From positions 65,693-129,692 of the IMG/VR virus record IMGVR_UViG_3300032294_002706: a stretch of DNA of 64,000 nucleotides. One strand, written 5' to 3'. Position numbers and translations under genes: made by a program. This document shows positions 50,701-57,431 of this stretch, piece after piece; within the stretch, counting starts at the first letter, position 1; every line of letters starts with the position of its first letter. The notes beneath the pieces are model-generated. The model was not told the DNA's origin. It was given only the letters and a program-made list of their open reading frames with translations, and made no database searches. The DNA comes from a virus.

Positions 50701-51489
50701 TTATTCTACGACTGGGGTTCCGCAATTAGGACAGAACTTCCAGCTTGATTTTTTGTGACGAGTTCCGCAGCCTGTGCAATACGAGCGTATTTCTCCCATC
50801 TCTACCGGTTTTTTGCTCTCAGGCAGAATTTGCCACTCGGAAGTGATACTTGCCCAATCGCTAAAATTTCCGTAACCGTTTGAGAATTCTTGTTTTGAAT
50901 TGGAACCCTGCTCAACTCGGCCGGTTTCAAAAGAACCTGCGGCACTTGAATTGCAATAGTTTACGCTAGCCCCGATTGAGCTTGTGAAAGTCGCTGGAGA
51001 CGATGTGTAGGTGATTGTGCTTGGATAAAGCTGCCAGTTTGTCGTGCCTGAATCGCTTTTCCAGGCTGGGGAGATCTCGTCATAAAAGAACACTTTGATC
51101 TTTCCATTATTTGCAATTGCTGCCTTTGCCTCAGCTGAGTCTTCAACCTCATACGTTTCAAAGACAAGCTTCTTTGCTACATCGATGAATCTTTCAAGAT
51201 AAACTCGCTGACCTGGTTTCAGGACGATGCCTGCTTCGGAGAGCCATTGACCATTCACCATGATCTTTGCAAGTACTTGGGTTGTTTTTGGATTAAAGAG
51301 CTCAATTTCGAAATTTGAACCCGTTTTTAAGTAGACTGTATTTCCGTATGCTTTTAGTCTACCTCTGCTCTTTGTGATATGAGCGGTTGGTTTTGGTTCG
51401 CTATTGTATAGCGTGAATGCTGATGTCACAGTTGTGCCACCGAATGCTAAGTTTTGTTGGTACATAGTAGTTATGTTATTTTTGCTCAT
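50701..51489 (-). CDS. conserved phage protein with C-terminal zinc ribbon
   Basis: FEIELFNP...LERF; CTGCG...FCPNCG. Confidence 0.65.
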   Translation of the reverse strand: MSKNNITTMYQQNLAFGGTTVTSAFTLYNSEPKPTAHITKSRGRLKAYGNTVYLKTGSNFEIELFNPKTTQVLAKIMVNGQWLSEAGIVLKPGQRVYLERFIDVAKKLVFETYEVEDSAEAKAAIANNGKIKVFFYDEISPAWKSDSGTTNWQLYPSTITYTSSPATFTSSIGASVNYCNSSAAGSFETGRVEQGSNSKQEFSNGYGNFSDWASITSEWQILPESKKPVEMGEIRSYCTGCGTRHKKSSWKFCPNCGTPVVE

Positions 51490-51594
51490 CTCATCGTAAC
51501 ATTAGGTGATTACTCAAGGGCTCGTAAACCCGAGACGAACAGAGCGAGGCTCTATGTTCCAATAATATTTAACTGAGTTCCCTAAAAAAGTTTT

Positions 51595-51990
51595 TTACTT
51601 TCTTATCCACTTATTGTCCGAGGTTAGCGTAAAACTACCGATACAGCTGTCCCCTCTACTCCATTCTTGAGGCGATATGATGCTCAAGGTGTTCGTTCCA
51701 TCGAAGTCGTATAAATGATAGGTTTTCCCAACAATGGGATCAAACTCTATCTTGGATTCCCAAACCATTAGGGAATCGTTAAATTCGGCTGTTAGTTTCG
51801 CAGCTCTTTCAATTAGCTCAACTCGTTCCCTCTCAAAAACGTCCAGCATTTTCTTAGAGGACTCGGTTCTAATTAGCGATACGTTTGGCAATTTGAATGA
51901 AGGCGCGCCAATATTAGTTGGATAGGGCTTAAGCTTTGCATCATATCCGTTTTCTTCTGACCAAACGACTGCATCTGGTTTTTTACTCAT
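51595..51990 (-). CDS. DUF2452-like protein
   Basis: PYPTNIGAP, F.PIVGKTYHLY, LSIISPQEW. Confidence 0.6.
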   Translation of the reverse strand: MSKKPDAVVWSEENGYDAKLKPYPTNIGAPSFKLPNVSLIRTESSKKMLDVFERERVELIERAAKLTAEFNDSLMVWESKIEFDPIVGKTYHLYDFDGTNTLSIISPQEWSRGDSCIGSFTLTSDNKWIRK

Positions 51991-52021
51991 ATTTTTATTT
52001 TACTTTTAGATCTACAATAGT

Positions 52022-52372
52022 TTAGTACTTCACGACCGTGACTCTAAGTCCGGCCTTTTTCGCTAGGTCGATCATGTGACCTGTGCCCTTGCTTTGACCG
52101 TCCCAGAAACAAATACATGAGTCTGCGTACTGGGCCATTTCAGCATTTCTCTTGAAGCCTGCTGATTTACCGAATCTTTCCCAATCTGCTGGAAATCTTT
52201 TAACCTGCAAACCCTTATCGATTGCATAGTGTTCTCCCAATAGATCGGCACCCTTGGCTCCACCTGACACAATTTCAACTTCTGAAACTCCATCAATTAG
52301 TTTACCGACTTCCTCGCACAGCAAGTCATATTTGGAGAAATTTCTGCCGCCTGCAATTATAAGTTTCATCAT
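52022..52372 (-). CDS. SLOG/YspA-like (DUF2493) protein
   Basis: IIAGGR.F, VSGGAKGAD, AG..RN..M, FWDGQSKGT..MI. Confidence 0.8.
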   Translation of the reverse strand: MMKLIIAGGRNFSKYDLLCEEVGKLIDGVSEVEIVSGGAKGADLLGEHYAIDKGLQVKRFPADWERFGKSAGFKRNAEMAQYADSCICFWDGQSKGTGHMIDLAKKAGLRVTVVKY

Positions 52373-52578
52373 TATTCTTTTATTAGTGGTTGAGGTAATT
52401 CGACTTCATTAAACGCTCGACAGATTCCAAAGTGGATCCATCGATTAATGAAATCGGTTGAATATTCATTGGCCTCAGTAATGACCTTTCCTTTGATTGG
52501 GTCAGATGATGCCTTAACAATTTTCTCCAGTCGTTTGCCGTCCGCAAACACAAGAATCATTCCTTTTTTCAGTTTCAT
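52372..52578 (-). CDS. hypothetical protein
   Basis: Short ORF; start uncertain. Confidence 0.35.
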   Translation of the reverse strand: MKLKKGMILVFADGKRLEKIVKASSDPIKGKVITEANEYSTDFINRWIHFGICRAFNEVELPQPLIKE

Positions 52579-52702
52579 TTGCATTGATGTTTTGTGATCC
52601 AATATACAATCTCCTAACTTTCTCTCCCAATTCCATGTCATTTGGAATAGTTTCGATAAGCTCGATAACCTTTTTGCCGAAGTTTTCGTCGATGTTGCTC
52701 AT
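52514..52702 (-). CDS. hypothetical protein
   Basis: 62-aa ORF with A-rich start context; PNDMELGEKVR. Confidence 0.45.
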   Translation of the reverse strand: MSNIDENFGKKVIELIETIPNDMELGEKVRRLYIGSQNINANETEKRNDSCVCGRQTTGENC

Positions 52703-52724
52703 AGTTTAATTATTATTTTATGCG

Positions 52725-52797
52725 TACCCCTGGAGAGATTCGAACTCCCATCTGACGATCCGTAGTCACCGATTCTAATCCATTGAACTACAGGGGC
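52725..52797 (-). tRNA. tRNA-Arg(ACG)
   Basis: GCCCCTG/CAGGGGT acceptor; CT-ACG-GA loop; GTTCGAAT. Confidence 0.9.
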
Positions 52798-52801
52798 AAA
52801 T

Positions 52802-52878
52802 TGGTGATCCCGACAAGATTCGAACTTGTAACCCCCAGCTTAGAAGGCTGGTGCTCTATCCAATTGAGCTACGGGACC
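52802..52878 (-). tRNA. tRNA-Arg(TCT)
   Basis: CCAGC-CT-TCT-AA-GCTGG; encoded CCA. Confidence 0.95.
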
Positions 52879-52905
52879 AGTTGTATTAGTTATTATACCA
52901 AAAAG

Positions 52906-52991
52906 CGGAGAGCGGAGGGATCGAACCTCATACGTTTTACCGTACGTCGCGCTTAGCAGGCGGACCCACTCGCCGTCGTGGATCACTCTCC
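52906..52991 (-). tRNA. tRNA-Ser(GCT)
   Basis: GGAGAGT/GCTCTCC acceptor; CT-GCT-AA; long variable arm; atypical D arm. Confidence 0.8.
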
Positions 52992-52996
52992 TTTTG

Positions 52997-53083
52997 TGCT
53001 TCTGGTCGGACTCGAACCGACACGGACCTTTCGGTCCAACAGATTTTAAGTCTGTCGCGTGCTACCAATTTCGCCACAGAAGC
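52997..53083 (-). tRNA. tRNA-Leu(TAA)
   Basis: ACAGA-CT-TAA-AA-TCTGT; long variable arm. Confidence 0.95.
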
Positions 53084-53088
53084 CTTCG

Positions 53089-53170
53089 TACCCAGAGTCG
53101 GACTCGAACCGACACGTCTTTCGACACTAGTTCCTAAGACTAGCGCGTCTACCAATTCCGCCATCTGGGC
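53089..53170 (-). tRNA. tRNA-Leu(TAG)
   Basis: CTAGT-CT-TAG-GA-ACTAG; long variable arm. Confidence 0.95.
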
Positions 53171-53173
53171 ATG

Positions 53174-53830
53174 TTACTTTTTAATGATTCTACCAGCTTT
53201 CCAGCCGATTGGAATTGCTTCGTTCTTCAATATTTTTTTATTTTCATGTTCATTAGTTATCCATATTTTTCCAAATTGGCTGTTTCTGGAACCTACCTGA
53301 TTTTGTGAATTTGCAATACCTATCTTTTTCTTAGTTTGTTCGTTATGCGATTTTCCAGTCCAATCATAAAATACTCCATGCGAACGTCTCCCTTCGGAAT
53401 ATGCTTTTTTGTTTCCGATTGATAAATTATTTGATCTATTTCTAGACCATTCATCATTTTGACGCAGCTCTTTCATTTTTAAATTTCCTCTAATTCCACG
53501 GCTTCTTTGGATTTCGGAGTTTTTATTATATGTCTCAAACCCTCCTTCTCCACCTATAACCAGATTCATACACATTGGATCAACTAATAAATTCTCATTC
53601 ACTATTTCCCTTTCTCTAAATTTCAAAGAACTTCGGTCAGTCAACCATTCCAATATTTCAATCGAATGATTTTTCTTTCCGTGTTTGTTTAAGGATCTTT
53701 TCAGAACCTTGCCGCTTCCGAAATACCCGTCATCTAAATTAGAAGTCGAGTGCATTCCGATGTAGTACTTTCCAGTTATATTACAAGTCACCTTGTAAAT
53801 GTAATGGTGAGTATGTTGTTTTCTTGGCAT
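53174..53830 (-). CDS. free-standing GIY-YIG homing endonuclease (Seg-like) inside the tRNA array
   Basis: YIYKVT...YYIG, YFGSG, GGEGG, GKSHNEQTKKKI (NUMOD3-like). Confidence 0.9.
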   Translation of the reverse strand: MPRKQHTHHYIYKVTCNITGKYYIGMHSTSNLDDGYFGSGKVLKRSLNKHGKKNHSIEILEWLTDRSSLKFREREIVNENLLVDPMCMNLVIGGEGGFETYNKNSEIQRSRGIRGNLKMKELRQNDEWSRNRSNNLSIGNKKAYSEGRRSHGVFYDWTGKSHNEQTKKKIGIANSQNQVGSRNSQFGKIWITNEHENKKILKNEAIPIGWKAGRIIKK

Positions 53831-53876
53831 TTTTGTCCTAGTCTTTTGATTTATTTATCTGAGACTAGGTACAAAA
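53831..53876 (-). promoter_or_regulatory. hairpin sequestering the endonuclease start region, with a late promoter in its loop
   Basis: TTTTGT(A)CCTAGTCT pairs with AGACTAGGACAAAA-ATG; GATAAATA (53852-53859) in the loop. Confidence 0.75.
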
Positions 53877-53886
53877 CTACCTCGTT

Positions 53887-53961
53887 GGTGACCGATGGGA
53901 ATCGAACCCACGACCTCTTGAACCACAATTAAGCGCTCTAACCAACTGAGCTACGGCCAAC
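53887..53961 (-). tRNA. tRNA-His(GTG)
   Basis: TAGCTCAGTTGGTTAGAGC D arm; TT-GTG-GT loop; GTTCGATTC; one mismatch each in acceptor and anticodon stems. Confidence 0.85.
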
Positions 53962-53962
53962 G

Positions 53963-54045
53963 CGGAAGAAGAGGGAATCGAACCCCCAAGGCTTTTACAC
54001 CCAGCTGTTTTCAAGACAGTTTCCTCGTCCATTCGGACTCCTTCC
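53963..54045 (-). tRNA. tRNA-Ser(TGA)
   Basis: CTGT-CT-TGA-AA-ACAG; long variable arm; G discriminator. Confidence 0.9.
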
Positions 54046-54054
54046 AATTTTTTG

Positions 54055-54124
54055 AGGTCAGTGTTGGAATCGAACCAACTCCGCAGATTTTGCAGACCTG
54101 CCGGCCTCCACGACCGAACTGACC
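54055..54124 (-). tRNA. tRNA-Cys(GCA)
   Basis: GGTCAGT/ACTGACC acceptor; U discriminator; CT-GCA-AA. Confidence 0.85.
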
Positions 54125-54161
54125 AAAAACAAAAAAGGCTTAAACGTTAGTCTAAGCCTTT
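54125..54161 (-). terminator. attenuator terminator immediately before the first tRNA
   Basis: AAAGGCTTAGAC-TAAC-GTTTAAGCCTTT followed by TTTGTTTTT. Confidence 0.85.
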
Positions 54162-54186
54162 ATCTGTAATAGTTCCTTACTTTACA

Positions 54187-54258
54187 TCACGGCTTAGACT
54201 TATCAAGACTTAGTCTTGACGAGCGTAAACAAAGTGAATGTAAAGATAGTGTTTTCAT
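54187..54258 (-). CDS. attenuator leader peptide MKTLSLHSLCLRSSRLSLDKSKP (not in ORF track)
   Basis: Codons 4-18 encode only Leu/Ser/His/Cys/Arg, matching the tRNA array; 3' end complementary to the terminator 5' arm. Confidence 0.85.
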   Translation of the reverse strand: MKTLSLHSLCLRSSRLSLDKSKP

Positions 54259-54264
54259 GCTAAT

Positions 54265-54301
54265 AATATACTATAAAAGTGTTATTCGGTTTTTATTTAT
54301 C
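54265..54301 (-). promoter_or_regulatory. promoters for the leader/tRNA transcript
   Basis: AAAC-N17-GTATATT (54265-54292) and GATAAATA (54294-54301); both motifs recur before other genes. Confidence 0.55.
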
Positions 54302-55072
54302 TTTTCTTTTTGCTAATTTTCTTTTAACTGCTTCTCTGGTTGATTCCATCTTCTTTGCATACGATGGATTCTTTCTCTTGTTGAAGTTGATTTGTTGGTT
54401 TAAGGAACCTGTGATCTTTTGCATGTTACCTCCTCTTGTTCTGATCAACCAGTCTGCGAGTTTCTGAACTCCAAGCTCTTTGAATTTACCCTTTGCATCG
54501 GGAGCATCACTGTGATGAAACTTAAGTTTCTTCTTTTCTGATACGTCATCATCCTCTTCTTCGTCATCCCACTGATCGTATGTGTCGGCTAGTGCATTAC
54601 CAATGATTTCCCTAATTTTATCGAAATATCGAACTTCTTGTAAACCGGAGATCGCATCCATTGCCAGCTCAATTTCTTCTGCGACCTCGTCTGTTTGCAT
54701 TGAACTAGGATCCCCATTTTGGAAAAACCAACCCCAATCCAGATCGTCTAGTTCGAACGTTTCCCACAGATCCATGTCCTTTTGACTGATGAACCCTTCT
54801 GCTTTAATCGTTGAAGCATTGAAGTCTATTGAAATCGTGATCTTATTCCAAAATTTTCGTGTAACATCCTGGTAATTTTCAGAATCTATTCCATAATCTT
54901 CAAGGTCCATGTCCCATTCTGACACAAGTTTAAGCACGTTACCTTCAACTGTGCCACCGACTCCTTTAGCCAATTGGTCAAGATCAATTGAGCTAAATCC
55001 CATTGACCTAAGCTCGGCGGAGTCGTCATCGCTTAAATTTTCAAGTACGAATTGTTTAAATGTCTTTACCAT
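54293..55072 (-). CDS. acidic protein with capsid-targeting-like motif and basic C-terminal domain
   Basis: MVKTFKQFVLE; ELRSMGF. Confidence 0.6.
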   Translation of the reverse strand: MVKTFKQFVLENLSDDDSAELRSMGFSSIDLDQLAKGVGGTVEGNVLKLVSEWDMDLEDYGIDSENYQDVTRKFWNKITISIDFNASTIKAEGFISQKDMDLWETFELDDLDWGWFFQNGDPSSMQTDEVAEEIELAMDAISGLQEVRYFDKIREIIGNALADTYDQWDDEEEDDDVSEKKKLKFHHSDAPDAKGKFKELGVQKLADWLIRTRGGNMQKITGSLNQQINFNKRKNPSYAKKMESTREAVKRKLAKRKDK

Positions 55073-55085
55073 AGTTTACTTATTT

Positions 55086-55658
55086 TTATCCAGGAAAGTG
55101 AGAGTATAAGGTGTCAACCTTTTCTTTGTAGTCCGGCGCGATTGTTATAAGCACGTCAGCCAGCAGTGAGTATAGAGAAACAAGTTCAGAGTACTCTCGA
55201 TATTCGCTAGTTGAGTTATCGTTTCTAAATAGTGCCATTACGTCAATCAATATTTCCTCAAGCAACTCATAAATTTTTTCAGCGTCAACCTTTGCCGCGA
55301 ATTCCTCATCGGATTCAACGTACTCAGATTCGGTCTTTAGATAATTATAGTAGTCTTTAGCCGAGTTCACTAGATTCTGTAGATCCGCTTGAGTATCTCT
55401 AACCTTGTGAGACTCAATCTCGCCCTTATCAATTTTAGTTAATGAGAATAACGGAACAGTTGCAACGTTCTCTTTTGAGTTGTGCAATTTTACCTTTGCA
55501 TATTCTCCAGTGATCGCAACCACTTCTCCCATTCCTCTGTAGGATTTTACTGAATCTCCAACCTCAATGCCGTTTGGGTTTGGATCCTCTTTTCTGTCAG
55601 GTTGATGAGATATTTCGAAGTCGTCTTCGAAGTCCTCAAATAGTTTAATGTATTTCAT
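55086..55658 (-). CDS. acidic protein with capsid-targeting-like motif and SH3-like domain
   Basis: MKYIKLFEDF; IEVGDSV...GEVVAI. Confidence 0.6.
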   Translation of the reverse strand: MKYIKLFEDFEDDFEISHQPDRKEDPNPNGIEVGDSVKSYRGMGEVVAITGEYAKVKLHNSKENVATVPLFSLTKIDKGEIESHKVRDTQADLQNLVNSAKDYYNYLKTESEYVESDEEFAAKVDAEKIYELLEEILIDVMALFRNDNSTSEYREYSELVSLYSLLADVLITIAPDYKEKVDTLYSHFPG

Positions 55659-56052
55659 TGTGCTTAATAATTAATTCTCCCAATACTTCAATCGTACCGA
55701 CTATTCTCTGAAATTCCATTTGTTTTAATTTAATGGCTTTCGTTGAACCGTCGATCGTCTTTAAGTGTTCGGTTAATTCTTTTTTTGCATCAGCGACGTC
55801 AAATTTACCAGCAGCTGCTTTTTTGTAGTACGGTAATTTGACTTTGAAATGTTGATATGTAAGAAGAGCGTCTCCGCCCTTTTCTTTTGCATTTTGCGTG
55901 ATCTTTGCTGCACCGGCTAATCTATTCTTTGCGAAATCCTCTAGCGATTCCGGAGCCTTGGCTTCATTAATCATGAAACTTTTAAAACTAGTTTCAATTC
56001 TTGAGTTGGTTCCATTGGCCTTGTGATGTAGTTCCCAATTGATTATTGACAT
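55645..56052 (-). CDS. hypothetical protein with capsid-targeting-like motif
   Basis: IETSFKSFMINE. Confidence 0.55.
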   Translation of the reverse strand: MSIINWELHHKANGTNSRIETSFKSFMINEAKAPESLEDFAKNRLAGAAKITQNAKEKGGDALLTYQHFKVKLPYYKKAAAGKFDVADAKKELTEHLKTIDGSTKAIKLKQMEFQRIVGTIEVLGELIIKHNEIH

Positions 56053-57293
56053 TATAGCATGTTTGCATTTTTAGCAGCAACTTTGATCATGTCGACCGTG
56101 AATTCAATTCGGTCTTCTGCTGGTTTTGCTGACTCTTTTCGATTTTCTGAATCTACGATTGACTTTAGGATTTTATCTAAATCTAGATTTGAACGGTTAG
56201 CTGTGTTCTTGGCATCTCTAAACATTTGTAAGCTGCGAGCATCAATTTCTTTTTGCTTAGCCTTTTTAACTTTCGACTTTTCAACAGAGGCCTTTGATCG
56301 TTCTTCTTTTTGTTCCGGAGAATCCTCAGCCTTTCCGCTGTACTTAAGTAGAGAGTACGTTGAAATATATTTTGCGTAATCTTGTAAGTTTTCGTCGGTC
56401 AGCTTTGTTGCAATATTATCGATGATTCCCTTTAGAGTAGTTCCGCCAACGAGCATATCGTCAACTACCATGAAATATGGAGTTCCGGCAGTGATCACAC
56501 TTGTAATCTTGCGGTAGTTAGGATTTCTAATTAACGCTTGATGGGCTTCAGCTGATGATTTGAATGCATTGAGTATGTAATCGTCAACGTGATGTCCCGG
56601 ATTCAAAAGACGGCGTGATCCTGATCTAAGGCCTGACGATTTCTTAATGAATCCTGTAAAATCCGTGCTCTGTGAAGTTTTAGCATTCTCCATACCTGGC
56701 CAGTCCTGAACCGGTTGACCAGTTCTTTCGGACCAAGCCATTGCGGCTGGACCGTTCCAATAGCCGGCAACATGGTTCTTTAGATAAGAATCTAATTGCT
56801 CTCTTGTAATCTTGTCAGCTTTCGCATAGGCTTCCCAATTAACGATTGCTAATGGATCTGCATAAAATCGTTTGATCACGTCTATTACTTTTGCATTTGG
56901 ATAGTAAATACTCTTGATTGTTTCGGCAATTCTTAACGCTAACGGGGAAGAGGATCCGGCTGGAATGATAATGTCAACTTTTCGGCCAACTAGATTATCT
57001 GGATAGGTTAACTTGACTAATTTAGTTAAGTCTTCATCAGAGATGGCATCCGGTTTTTTAAGAGCATCCATTAACTGAACTTTTTGAGAGCCGTCTGCCT
57101 TCTCCATAGCATAGCCATGATACATTTGAACCTTTGAGTTTGCCACCTTATACGCACTTGAACCAGCAGTAGGCGCACTCGCTAATTTCACGATATCATC
57201 AGGCGAATCTTGACTGAAATCTATAGCAGGCCTTCCGTTAACAAGTTTAATGCCCTCAGTCAAAAACTGAGAGAAATTCATTAGGTGTTTCAT
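56052..57293 (-). CDS. phosphoribosyltransferase-like protein with capsid-targeting-like motif
   Basis: MKHLMNFSQFLTE; IIIPAGSSS; MVVDDMLVGGTTL PRPP-binding loop; TATAAATA at 57299-57306. Confidence 0.65.
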   Translation of the reverse strand: MKHLMNFSQFLTEGIKLVNGRPAIDFSQDSPDDIVKLASAPTAGSSAYKVANSKVQMYHGYAMEKADGSQKVQLMDALKKPDAISDEDLTKLVKLTYPDNLVGRKVDIIIPAGSSSPLALRIAETIKSIYYPNAKVIDVIKRFYADPLAIVNWEAYAKADKITREQLDSYLKNHVAGYWNGPAAMAWSERTGQPVQDWPGMENAKTSQSTDFTGFIKKSSGLRSGSRRLLNPGHHVDDYILNAFKSSAEAHQALIRNPNYRKITSVITAGTPYFMVVDDMLVGGTTLKGIIDNIATKLTDENLQDYAKYISTYSLLKYSGKAEDSPEQKEERSKASVEKSKVKKAKQKEIDARSLQMFRDAKNTANRSNLDLDKILKSIVDSENRKESAKPAEDRIEFTVDMIKVAAKNANML

Positions 57294-57297
57294 AGAG

Positions 57298-57431
57298 TTA
57301 TTTATATTCGATGCGAATCCTGGACTTAAATTCCGGTGGAAATTGATCACCAGCTGACTTCATGAGATCAGCAAAGCATCCGTCCAAGAAATAGGTCACT
57401 GCCCAGTCTTCCGGAGTTCTAATAGATCGAC
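57298..57431 (-). pseudogene. displaced original 3' end of the DinG-like helicase gene
   Basis: Reads RSIRTPEDWAVTYFLDGCFADLMK...RIRIEYK*, a second version of the helicase C-terminus. Confidence 0.9.

Noticed and set aside
51490-51560. Known ribozyme or riboswitch in the structured leader
   Set aside because: I could not match hammerhead, twister or riboswitch cores by eye; kept only as an unassigned structure.
52937-53164. 75-aa ORF (also 53750-53932)
   Set aside because: Overlaps tRNA genes; translation of structural RNA.
57294-57350. Upstream start of the 432-aa ORF
   Set aside because: It lies inside the displaced helicase fragment and upstream of the late promoter; ATG 57293 is preferred.
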